Positions 32,478 through 43,100 of a stretch of DNA of 64,000 bases are shown here, in pieces. How positions within the stretch are numbered: the stretch's first letter is position 1; every line of letters starts with the position of its first letter. The stretch spans positions 1,056,001-1,120,000 of the forward strand of contig CP000070.1 of NCBI GenBank assembly GCA_000002445.1, read 5' to 3'. The position numbers were made by a program, and so were the translations under genes. The notes under the pieces were generated by a model that was not told where the DNA came from, ran no database searches, and saw only the letters and a list, made by a program, of their open reading frames with translations. The stretch comes from Trypanosoma brucei (taxonomy: Eukaryota).

Positions 32478-35183
32478 ATGTTTGATAAGGTAACAGCAAT
32501 GAGCGAGAGGGAAACAACATCCCATAGCCCCGAGTTGGGCGGCGACAACAATGGTAGCGTCGTCGTAGCTGTTCGCGTGCGACCCCTGGAAGGTTTGAGC
32601 ATTGAAGCAGGTGGTGCTTTGAGTATGTCGCGATTTACCGCCCAGCAGCGAATGCATCGTCGGGGAATGTCGGCACAAGAGGGTGATAAACCTGCTGTAC
32701 GTGTGGGAGTTGACCGCAAAACAGTTGTTGTGCTTGATCCCGAAAATCTTCAATACATTCGGGAGAGTTTTGTTTTTAACCATGTATTTTCCCCCGTTTT
32801 GTTGGATGAATCCCTCATGGGTACGGATGGTGGATCGGTAGGCGATATAGCCCGGCCGTCGGGAGATGTCTATGGGGGAATTTCCAGTAGTGGAGGTTAC
32901 AACTCGGGTGTTCTCGGTTGCTGCACGAAGGGGACCAAACTCAGTGCAGAAGACCGAAGGGCTGAATTAGAACAACAGGAAGTATACGAACTGTTAGGAG
33001 CTCCACTAACTGAGCATTTTATGAAAGGGCACAACTCCTGCCTTTTTGCATATGGACAGGAGGGTAGTGGCAAGAGTTACACCCTGTCGGGAACGGCGCG
33101 GTGCGTGGGGGTGATTCCACGTATTTGCAAAGATCTTCTTAGCCGAGCTTCAGCGCCTTGTCGGAGCCCACCATGTGAGGTCCAACGGAAGCAGGAGGCG
33201 GTGAAAAATAATCTCTTGCCACTTCAAGTGAGTCATATGTCGTTTGCTCTCCGTGGTGCGTATACGTCCGCAAAGTCAGGGGGGAACTTTTCTTCGCCCA
33301 TAAAAAATGCCCCCCCAACCGTGCTTCCGCCATCGCTGAGGAACAAACAAAACGCCAGTCGGGTGGAAGTGACGATATCATACATGGAGGTTTGCAACGA
33401 TTGGGTTAGGGATTTGCTTAAACCGAAAAGGGACAGGGACCCAAAATGTGGCGATGCAGACTCGTGCACATACGGCTCGGATGCTTTTGAGAGATTGAAG
33501 GTGCGGTACTACCCAAGACATGGCCCTAGTGTGGAGGGACTAACAACAATTAACGTGCGCACGTGGGAGGAGTGCTGGAGTTATATCCAGTACGGAAACA
33601 TGGAGCGCCAGCAACTGATATCGTTACGTAAAACCCATGGCCACACACACACTATATTCCGAATAACCTCACCAAAGGTTGATCCGTTTGATGAGTGCAT
33701 TACGTCGGTGGAGTGTTCACCAAAGATTGATGTCGTTGAGCTTTCGAGCGTTGGCTGTTTAAAGAACTCTCGTTCTCCACCAAACACAGCAGGTATTACC
33801 ACGTATGAGGATTGTAGAAGACAGTTAAGGGAGTTCAATGCGGTCCAGCGGTCTCTTGGAGTTTTGAGTCGCGTTCTTCAAGCAGTGGCAAGTGGTAGCA
33901 AAAACGCCCCGTACCGTGAGAATCTGTTGACCCATTTGCTCTCTGACGGACTCGTCGGTGGGTCGCTTACCATCTTCTGCGCAACAGTGCTGTCAGACGT
34001 CTGTGCACATGCCGAAACACTAACAACACTTCGTTATGCCGCGCAGACTTGTAGTACCATTTGCTGTATGAAGCCCAATGTGGCCTCGGTCGCAAGTACG
34101 GGCTGTTTGAACCAGAAACAACTGGGAACGACCGTGGAAAGTCTGTCACCGAGGTTTGAAGGTTCCACACCAACAGTACGAAATGATGTAAGGGGAATGA
34201 CCACCTCCGTCTCGTTGCCCTTTTGGTCCGATTGTAGCGGCTCGCGAGCTGGAGCTGTGGGTGCCGCGAGTGACGACGGTTCGCCAAGCAAGAATGGCGC
34301 AAAAGGGGCGTTTTGTGTTGAATGCCTGCCATATATTCCCGGGGCGAAGGTGGAACGAGTTGGCACGGATTCATACGTACCACCAAACAACTGCAGCGGT
34401 GTTACAAATATCACTGCCCTGAACCAAGGCGGGTGTTCAGGGCCGGGTACATTGTTACGAAGGGATCAACAGACTGTCGGACTGCCGCCACTTACCGGGT
34501 CACCGGGGGTTTCTTCCAGCCCGCGTGTTTCCTGGTCCGAAAGGTTGAAGGCAAGCGCTTCGTTTAATAACTTGGGTTGTGGCAATACCTCCAGAGGCGG
34601 GGTGGAGGGTTGGCAGTTGAGGTCCCCTTCCTCTGTTAGCGACAAACCTTCATCCCCTTCTACCAGCGCTTTTAGTTCCCCCAGAAACTTGCTGCGTCCC
34701 AGCAGTTTGGTTCCCAACTCAGGTACTGCCGTGACTGACAGCCCGCTGCAGCCCCACACACCCAATCGTGGAGTGGGAAGGGTTAGTGCCCTGGCTTCCT
34801 CTTTTCTGATATTAACAAGCCCTTCTGCGGTAGCCCCTAGTGGCCGAATTGCAGGGCTAACAGCATTGGGCGGCGCTCACGACGTTATTAGTGCGAGTGG
34901 TGTAACAACAGGCGCGTTCCCGTCAGAGGTCTTGGGAGGAAGTCCCATCCATTCCTGGACCCAGCACGGTTTCCTCGGTTCCCCAGAGTTTGTCCGCAAA
35001 AAGGAAAGCCGAAGGAATCTTGTAAAGGTTTTCACCCCTGAAGAGCTGCAGCCGTCGTTAGCGTCCCCTGAGTCATGCTCTCCAAAGCAAAGCTGCCCAC
35101 CAACACCAATACTTTCCACCAAGAACAATCCTACTCTCAAACCTCTAGCTACTAGTAATCCAGTATCTCCTACAGTGAAGTGA
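32478..35183 (+). CDS. divergent kinesin-like protein with long S/P-rich C-terminal tail (about 900 aa)
   Basis: The track start at 32448 is TTG. In-frame ATGs at 32478 and 32499 (MSERE…). Motor-domain hallmarks: VAVRVRPLE (N-terminal RxRP), FAYGQEGSGKSYT (P-loop), NAPYRENLLTHLLSDGLVGGSLTIFCATV (the HIPYRDSKLT…NSKT… region). Switch I (SLRKTHGHTH versus SSRSH) and switch II (VVELSSVGC versus LVDLAGSE) are degenerate. Confidence 0.7.
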   Translation: MFDKVTAMSERETTSHSPELGGDNNGSVVVAVRVRPLEGLSIEAGGALSMSRFTAQQRMHRRGMSAQEGDKPAVRVGVDRKTVVVLDPENLQYIRESFVFNHVFSPVLLDESLMGTDGGSVGDIARPSGDVYGGISSSGGYNSGVLGCCTKGTKLSAEDRRAELEQQEVYELLGAPLTEHFMKGHNSCLFAYGQEGSGKSYTLSGTARCVGVIPRICKDLLSRASAPCRSPPCEVQRKQEAVKNNLLPLQVSHMSFALRGAYTSAKSGGNFSSPIKNAPPTVLPPSLRNKQNASRVEVTISYMEVCNDWVRDLLKPKRDRDPKCGDADSCTYGSDAFERLKVRYYPRHGPSVEGLTTINVRTWEECWSYIQYGNMERQQLISLRKTHGHTHTIFRITSPKVDPFDECITSVECSPKIDVVELSSVGCLKNSRSPPNTAGITTYEDCRRQLREFNAVQRSLGVLSRVLQAVASGSKNAPYRENLLTHLLSDGLVGGSLTIFCATVLSDVCAHAETLTTLRYAAQTCSTICCMKPNVASVASTGCLNQKQLGTTVESLSPRFEGSTPTVRNDVRGMTTSVSLPFWSDCSGSRAGAVGAASDDGSPSKNGAKGAFCVECLPYIPGAKVERVGTDSYVPPNNCSGVTNITALNQGGCSGPGTLLRRDQQTVGLPPLTGSPGVSSSPRVSWSERLKASASFNNLGCGNTSRGGVEGWQLRSPSSVSDKPSSPSTSAFSSPRNLLRPSSLVPNSGTAVTDSPLQPHTPNRGVGRVSALASSFLILTSPSAVAPSGRIAGLTALGGAHDVISASGVTTGAFPSEVLGGSPIHSWTQHGFLGSPEFVRKKESRRNLVKVFTPEELQPSLASPESCSPKQSCPPTPILSTKNNPTLKPLATSNPVSPTVK

Positions 35184-36138
35184 CATTTTGTTTGAATACA
35201 GTTTTTATTTCTTTTCTTTGATTCGTTTATTACTGAATGTGCGTACACGTATATGTGTATATATACATATATATGTAACTTTCTCATGTCATTTTAGCGT
35301 CATCGAAGAAGGGAAGGAAATGAAGAAAGGAAAGAATCGAGCATCTATTTTCGCTACTGTCTGTCTATTTGTTTTTCCCATTCTTTCCCCTTTTGACCCT
35401 TTTTGTTAGTTTTTTTGAGTTTATACTCTGCAGACTCCAGCAGCACGGCAGAGAGAGGTGAAGACGAGACAAGAATAGAAGCTGTTACAATGGTAGAAAA
35501 GGGGCAAAAGAAACGTAACCAACTGCAACTACTCTCAGCCTTGAATGTTTTTTTTTTTTACTACCCGTAAAGGAGAAGCGAGGGTTCACCATGTTGTATT
35601 TGAAATTTATAAATTCTTTCTATAGCTTTATTACTTGTCTCTATGTGGTGAATGATGTGGTTGTTTCTTTTTTTTTTCCTCATGTCAATATATTGTTGTT
35701 ACTGTCGTTACAAGTGTGTTTTTGTCCGCACCGTGCTAAGAATCTTCCTCCTGTTAATTGTGCCATCTGCGTGATGTTTCTGAAACGATATATATACATA
35801 TATATATGAATTTAAAATCTATTGCCTTTCTGCTTTCCCTTCCCACATAATCTCTGAGTCTGCGTTTGTGTGTGCCCTTTCCCCTCTTGTTTCCCATTCC
35901 AACTCATTTTTTTTTATTTGTTGCCTCTCCAAAATATTTCATGCATGCATATCATTTCTGCACCACAGATTCCATGGGGATGGGCACCGGTGAGTCCCTT
36001 TTCTCCCCACCAGGGTTTCCTGTACGTTTTTTTGTTTTTTTGTTTTTTGATCTTTATTTATTTACGTTCTTGTCTCGTATTTTCCTCTCGACTCTTAGTT
36101 TATGAATGCAGAGCGTGTATGTATATGTATTTGTATGT

Positions 36139-36161
36139 ATGTGTGTGTGTGTGTGTGTGTT
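36139..36161. repeat. (GT)11 microsatellite inside a longer degenerate (GTAT/GT)n tract 36110..36175
   Basis: gtgtgtgtgtgtgtgtgtgtgt. Similar degenerate TG/TA-rich tracts at 39730..39780 and 57240..57330. Confidence 0.9.
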
Positions 36162-37712
36162 TGTATGTATGGTAAATCTTTCATTCCTTCTCTTGCATTT
36201 TTCTTTTCTCTCAATATTCCTTCCACCTCCGTTTTTTTTTAACTTCTACCTTTCTTTTATTATTGATCGTGCCCCTTTGTTTTGAATTTGAGTGCAGATG
36301 TACTGGTGTGCATGGCAGCTGTAAACTACCTAAAGTATGAAAACAAAACGAGAGGTGAGAAAATATTTCTTCCACCCTTTCTTTTATTACTTAACTTCTC
36401 CCCTTCTTCTCAATATAAACGATTTTTTTTTCCTTCAGCGTCTGCTATGGGTTGGTACCGAACTTGACAGCACATTCATTTATCTATTTGTTGTTGTTGT
36501 TGCGATTATTAATTAATTTTCTTCTGCTTTATTTATAATTCTTGAGTTTTTACCTCTTATTAACGAGTGAAGTGACGATTGTTGAGAATTAACGGTACTC
36601 CTTTTGGACCGATGACCGAGTGTTTTATTCACCTATGTATGCGTATGCGTATGCGGAAGAGAGGCGTTTCGACTTCCCCTTCTCTTTCTTTTTTTTTCCT
36701 TTTTCTTCCTCCTCTTACCGACTTGTTGACTGACTGACAGTAAAGTGACAAAAATTGTGGGGTACGTACGGATATATTAGTAAACAAATAAATAAATTAG
36801 TAGGTGAATAAATAAATAAATAAATAAAAATATATATATATATATATTTCCCCTGTGTTTTCCCTGTTTCTATCTTATTTCAAGGTGATTAACATATTGT
36901 CGTCTCCCTCTCCTTCTTTTTCTCCTCTTTAACACACATGCTCACACACGCCAAAGGTGTATAATTCAAGTCGCACGCATTCATTTACTCCTATGTCTTT
37001 TCCCCGTTTCTTCGTTTTTTTTATTTTTTATTTTTTATTTTTGAAAAAAAAAACTTGTAGCGTATGAGCGCATTTACCTACTTTTCAAAACAATCTTTAA
37101 CCATGAAGGCCCAGCGACCCGATTCGTAATTGTCCTCTTTTTACCCGTAATGAGGCTGATGTTATAATGCCTTCTGAAGCATTTTCAATCCTTTTTTTTT
37201 TCGTTCTTATTCTCCTGTTTCTCTCCTCCCCTCCTCCGGACTCGTCATCTTATCTTTTCCTTGTGCTACCTTTTCAGATTGTTTAATCAACTTTTTCCTA
37301 TCGTTGATGTTTACCCTCACTTTTATTACTCTTTCTTCCATTGCTAAATTAAATCGGATACTTCCCTTTGCTTTGTTTCCCACTTCATTTATCAAAGTTT
37401 TTTTTTTAAGGAATAGTTTTCATATTTTCTTGGGTGGGTACCCCCTAAACGAACAACACCTGAGGCTTAAGTTGAGGGAATCACAGAAATAAGATAATTA
37501 CAATAAGGTAAATAAAGGTAAAGGTGGGTACAAGGTGAGGGAGATAGGCAAGACAGATCTAAGCGTAGGGAATTTAGTGGTTTGTAATACGAGTAAGTAG
37601 TAGGATAAAATAGGAAAATATTGTTCAACTTAATAATTTAAGGAGGAGGCAAAAATAAGAAGGAACAAAAGTCAACAACGGTTATAACAGACTGTGAGGA
37701 AGGAGAAGAAAG

Positions 37713-39236
37713 ATGGATCTGGATTCTTTCCTCGACAAGAAGAGCAAAAAACTTGCTGGTGGAAAGAAGAAGGCGAAAACAAGCGAACTTTCTGAGAAGG
37801 AGAAGGCGCAGTTGGGAATAGGCGTGTTTCTTGGGCTTGATGTTACCCCTGCAGCGCACGCACAATCGGAAGAAGCGGGTGAAGATGACAAGAGGGAAAG
37901 TAAAAATGGTGTATCAGATCCCGATGGGGTAGCAGCTGTTGAGGCCACTGTGCAGTCAGGGATTCAAACAAACAAGGATCCCGATGTTCCGGCCGTGCGT
38001 AACGCTTGGGTCGATGAAGGGGCTGAAGCTGGTGGTGGTGCTGAGGTGGGAGCTATTCCCGGAAACTTGGCCGTGCCAGTGATTAGAAGCACTGGTAAAA
38101 AAGCTAAGGGTTGGGATTCGGTGAAGGTAACGTCGGGCTCGATAGAGGACCTTCTCGCAAAGGCAACCGAAAGCGGGAAACGACAGAAGTTTGTTGCTCG
38201 CGGCAACGAGGGTGCCACAGGGTCACTTGGTTGTGAGGTGCTTGCTAGTGCAACAAGTTTTCCTTCGCTCGACGAGCTAACAGGAGGGGCAGCTGCCCCT
38301 GCGAAAGAAACTGGCTCAACACCAACTCTTGACACGTGTGGTTCAGTGGAAGATGTGAGCGCTGAAGTGGACAAGGTGACTTCCAGCACGTATAAACCGC
38401 CAGTAGACAAACCGGTTTCTGGTGTTTACAGACCGCCAACAGAGAAACCCACATCTGGAGCGTACAGGCCACCAACCGATAAACCTGCAACTGGCGCATA
38501 TAAGCCCCCAACCGATAAACCCTTCTCAGGAGCATACAGACCACCAGCGGACAAACCGTCTTCGGGAGCCTACAGACCGACTGCAGCGAAACTAGGAGAG
38601 GTGATGGCAGCAACAACAGCACGAGACGAGACTTCTTCCGAAAAACCAGCTGCGGGAGCGTATAGGCCGCCCATTGACAAACCTTCTTCCGGTGCGTATA
38701 AACCGCCGGTGGATAAACCGTCTTCTGGTGCGTACAAACCTCCAACGGACAAATCCTCCCTGGGTGCGTACGAACCTCCCAGTGAAAAACCAGCTTCAGT
38801 GCCGGCCGTACCTGCTGAATCCTCTGCGGTAAAACCGTCCACTGGAGCGTACAGGCCACCGACCGATAAACCACCCACAGGTGTATACAAACCCCCAGTG
38901 GATAAACCGTCCACTGGAGCGTACAGGCCTCCAACAGACAAACCGTCATCGGGGGGAGCTTATGTGCCTCCAAGTGAGAGGCTTGCAACTGCCGCGCCGG
39001 GGGAGCAGCTGTCTGTCGAGAAACCGTCGGCAGGAACGTACAAACCTCCTACTGATAGGGTTTCATCCGGATCATACAAACCACCCACTGACAGGCCATC
39101 AGCAGGGGCATATAAACCCCCAACCGATAAACCCTCCTCGGGAGCATACAGACCACCAACGGACAGACCGTCTTCGGGAGCCTACAGACCACCAGCCGAA
39201 AGAAGTTTCGGCAGCACCTTTAGACCACCAAGCTAA
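37713..39236 (+). CDS. proline-rich repetitive protein, 507 aa, with about 25 copies of a 12-aa unit YRPPTDKPSSGA
   Basis: ATG at 37713. N-terminal K/E-rich region. From about residue 227, degenerate 36-bp/12-aa repeats (YKPPVDKPVSGV / YRPPTEKPTSGA / YRPPTDKPATGA …). Confidence 0.65.
   Translation: MDLDSFLDKKSKKLAGGKKKAKTSELSEKEKAQLGIGVFLGLDVTPAAHAQSEEAGEDDKRESKNGVSDPDGVAAVEATVQSGIQTNKDPDVPAVRNAWVDEGAEAGGGAEVGAIPGNLAVPVIRSTGKKAKGWDSVKVTSGSIEDLLAKATESGKRQKFVARGNEGATGSLGCEVLASATSFPSLDELTGGAAAPAKETGSTPTLDTCGSVEDVSAEVDKVTSSTYKPPVDKPVSGVYRPPTEKPTSGAYRPPTDKPATGAYKPPTDKPFSGAYRPPADKPSSGAYRPTAAKLGEVMAATTARDETSSEKPAAGAYRPPIDKPSSGAYKPPVDKPSSGAYKPPTDKSSLGAYEPPSEKPASVPAVPAESSAVKPSTGAYRPPTDKPPTGVYKPPVDKPSTGAYRPPTDKPSSGGAYVPPSERLATAAPGEQLSVEKPSAGTYKPPTDRVSSGSYKPPTDRPSAGAYKPPTDKPSSGAYRPPTDRPSSGAYRPPAERSFGSTFRPPS
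38391..39200 (+). repeat. in-frame degenerate 36-bp tandem repeats encoding (Y[RK]PP[TVAS][DE]KP[SATF][ST]GA)n
   Basis: The periodicity is visible in the translation and in recurring DNA strings such as ccaccaacggacaaaccgtcttcgggagcctacagacc (found at about 38541 and about 39141). Antisense ORFs 38245..38988 and 38570..38941 are by-products of the repeat. Confidence 0.8.
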
Positions 39237-40045
39237 GGTAGCGATCTTCTTCCGCTACGAAACTGAAGGTGAGTGACGCGTTAGTGCTCGCTAGTGGGGA
39301 CAGGTGTTGTTTTTCTTTTTGTTTGTTTGAAGAGAAGAACGTTTTTTCGTTGGAAGGTGACGAAGTCCAGCTTCCACACGGGGGAAGGAGAGTATGCGCA
39401 TCTTTTTTTCCTATTTTGACTACCAATTGGCTCTGCACCTGTGATGAAGGTGGAGACACTTCTATCCGATGGAATAACCGGCGTGTTCTAACGGTATCTC
39501 ACTGCGGAGAATTATTGTTTGCGTACGCATTATTCGCCTCCTACTTTTCCACTCGTTACAAAGAGTGAAAAGTAACCAATACGCCATCAGGGACGCTTTG
39601 ACAAGGGACCCAGCAAGTGAGTGGTCCACCTGGTGAAGCTGAATTTCAGTTGTCTACCTGCGGGGAGGGGGGTGTGACGTTGGAGGAGACTTGACTTTCA
39701 TTTCTTCATACTTCTAGCCCTGGCCCCATTCTGTACACATGTATATGTATGTGTATGTGTATGTGTATGGGTGTGTGCATATACTCTGTGGTTGCTCATA
39801 CCATAACGGGTGGAGGTGTGGTGTGGTGGGACCACCTGTGCCGGCACTTGAGTCACCCGTCAAAAGCTTGAGAAGAAGCGAACAACACAACCTCCTGCTT
39901 TCACCCCCGAGATGCGCGGAATGGCACCTCAGCGGGAACGTTGTGGCGATATTTCCCCTCCGATCCTTCCCCGCAACGTACTTACAAAGAATATGCACAA
40001 CAGGACCCTTGTTAGGGTAAAGCGTATATGTGTGTGTCGCACATT

Positions 40046-40097
40046 CTTCGTTTATTTCACTCTATTGGTGGTATTTTTTTTTTCCTGTTTGTTTACA
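40046..40097 (+). promoter_or_regulatory. polypyrimidine tract upstream of the giant repeat-protein gene
   Basis: ttcgtttatttcactctattggtggtattttttttttcctgtttgtttacaAG about 65 nt upstream of ATG 40162. Confidence 0.45.
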
Positions 40098-40161
40098 AGG
40101 TAGGGTTGTCGCATAGCTTGAGACAATAGCCGTGCTGTGAAGGGGACCCAAATAAGCAACG

Positions 40162-43100
40162 ATGGGTAATGAACCCTTCTTGTTGTTTAGGGGTAGCGAG
40201 CTGCTTCCAGGCTTTCCGTCAAGCCGGCCGGAAGGGAATTTGGCTCAACCCGACGAAGGTGACGTGGAGCGTTTGCCGACGCATCTGATTCCCATTGAAC
40301 CTCTCACACACTCCGTGGTGCGAGTCGTCTGCCATTCTTCCACCCGTGCGGGTATGTCAACGCCACTTGCCCAAATGTGCGCACTAACTGATGTCCGTAG
40401 ATTGTTGGAGGAAGAAAGAGATAAATGCGTTGAGACGGCTCGGTCGTGGGAAGGACTGTGCGCACTTCACTCACACTATCCCCACGATCACGCCACAGGC
40501 TGCATGCCAATAGCAAACGAAGAGTTAGACTGTGTGGCGTCCAGCTTATCCCTGGATGAATCTTTTGTCAAGGAAGTTCTTCGGAGCAAACTCTGGAGGG
40601 TGAAAGGCAACGCTGAAAGTGCGGATGGTAAGGTCGAACCTGATTTGAAGCGCCTCAAAATAGTTGTGTCTGATTTGTGCCAGCTTCTGTGGCACCATCG
40701 TGATGGAGAGGGGTCCATAAGCACCGACGGTGTTGCTGTGCCAGACTCGAGTGAGCGCTGTGAAGTCGTTAGACGGGAAAAGAGAAAGGCATCAAAGGTC
40801 GAGGCAAAGAGCGTTTTGTCCATTATCGCAGGACTAACAAAAGACAGTTTGGACGAACTCACAGCCAGCCATGGCAGCGTAGAGCCCCTCCTTGTGGGTT
40901 TAGTCTTTAGTGAGGTGTCGGAGGAAACTTGTAATCATAGCGGAGGAGAGACGGTTGGAACGCTCGTGGGGGATGATTTGCTGAGGCTGTTCGACAAAAA
41001 GGTTGAGGCCACTGTGGAAAACAAGGATGGTTACGGTGATACAGTTGATTTTTCTGCCCGGGTACTGCTCCTTAACGCTGTTATGGAGAGGAAGAACATG
41101 AAAAACATGGCCCATGCCTCTCCAATGTGGTCAGCGCTCCTGTCGGTGGTAAACTTTGTGTATGTCACTGGTGATCCTGCAACTGTCCGTTACGTCGCTC
41201 AACTGATCAACCATGTGCAATGTTTGACACAACAGGTCACTGCGGAGCCCGCACCTAGACCGCATTCAAAGGTGGACATCTCTCTTTTTTACACTCCTCT
41301 GATGGGTGTTGAGAACGAGGAGGGTCTTTACCCAAGTGGTGCACGCTGTGTTTCCAACCTAAAGACCGCGTTGTCGGAAGCAGTCGTTGGCGTGGCGAAT
41401 AAAAAAAGATGGAAACCGGAAGCTTTTTCCCCTGGCGGTTCGGGAGGATTTCAGGATTTGTTGCAATGGTCACTTATGCTGGAGCACGTGTGGCACCACT
41501 GCGGCAGCGCCCCCTGTCACAAGGTTTCTCGGGGGATAGAGCAATGGATTGGCATGGCTGTTGAGACGGCTGCCGATATCTTCGCGTCTACTGCGGAGGC
41601 TTTGCTGCTTTCCATGTATGTTATGGAGCCACTTCCTCCTGTATGCCTGCCTGTAGCGGACAACACAGAAACTGCTGTCAAATCGGTTGCTGGTTCACCG
41701 GGTTTCAGTGTGGGTGATGTTCTTCTTTCTGCGCATCGTGTATCGTTGTTGGTCTTTGGAGCTGTTGTAGGTCCATGTGCTTCTGACAACCCTCTGCTTC
41801 GGCGGGAGGCACTGGAGGACCTTTACGGGGCTCACCTGAAAGCATCTGAGGCAGTAAGGGGACGACTAGAACGGTTTTGCGCGCGGCAGGCCGAGCGCAC
41901 TGTGGATGCTTCGCCGGCACTAAAAAATCTGGAAAAATATCAAAGTCAGTGGAGTAAGACAGTCGAGCTTGAGCAGGGTAAAAAGGGGGATTCCCTCGCA
42001 CGCATTTTATACGTGTGCATGGAAGGAATGCATCATATTTTAAGTACACCACTTATTAAACATTGTGACGTTCCATATGATCTTGGCGAAAACGCCATAG
42101 CAGGCGTTGATGGTTGGCGTTGCAGTGGCGCTACCACCTCGTGCGTGGGAAGGACGACTACCAATTGTGGATACGGCGCAAAGGTGAACCAGAGGTGCCA
42201 GGTGACCGAAAGTCCAATTACTTCATCATGGGCTTCGGCTGCAAAATCTTCTGCGATTTGCAACTTCACAATGCAACGCCTCCTGCCGATGTTGCTACAC
42301 TCATTAGGGCAGCAACCGGTGGTTTTGAATGGGAACTCTATCGTTAATGTTGGAACGCGCAGGGCCGTGCAGTCTTGGGAAGATCAGCGGATGCAACTGG
42401 AGGGACGGTGTAGGGCGGCTGAGGCGATGATTGAGCACCAACGGTGCGTGATAGGCGAGATTAGAAATCAAAGAAGTGCACTTGGGAATCGACTACGTGA
42501 GGCACAACGGTGCATGAGAAAACTGGTTATGATGTGTGTGGGGTATGAAGAAGGACACGCGAGCTACGCCCAGAAGTTAGCTTTTCGACTGAAATATAGC
42601 TTGGAGGAAGATATCACTAGTATTTTCGTTCCCATTGAGGTAAAGCCGGTTGCGGGATCGGATGCTTGGGACGGCGGGGAAACTTCTCAACAGTCATCTC
42701 CGTCGCCGTTGGTGTGCGGTGAAGCTTCAATGGTAGCACCCTTAGCGGGCCGGGACGATCTGCGCAGGTTAATGTTCCGCGATGCGCAAATGCAACTCGA
42801 CGCTTGCCACAATGTCGTGCGGTGCGTTTGTCAAGAAGCTCGGGAAAACCTCAATACACTTTCAGCTGCCATGATGGAGTGCAGTATAAGTTACGGAAAT
42901 GTCTCCCCCAACGAGTCGTTGCGCGCAATGTTTTCCACTTCACTTTACGGAACGAGGACGAATGAACCCAGCGGTGGTTACATGCCCCCTACTGGTGATC
43001 AAGAATGTGACTGTGACGGCAGTAACCAAGGTGATATGTACCAAAAAGATGATTCAAAGCACACATATCCCTCTACAATCATCAAAGTACCCCTGGGGTT

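Noticed and set aside
38245-38988. 247-aa and 123-aa minus-strand ORFs inside the Pro-rich repeat region
   Set aside because: They are an artefact of the periodic 36-bp repeat (stop-free in several frames). The sense-strand reading gives a coherent Y-R-P-P-T-D-K-P repeat with an upstream ATG and polypyrimidine tract.
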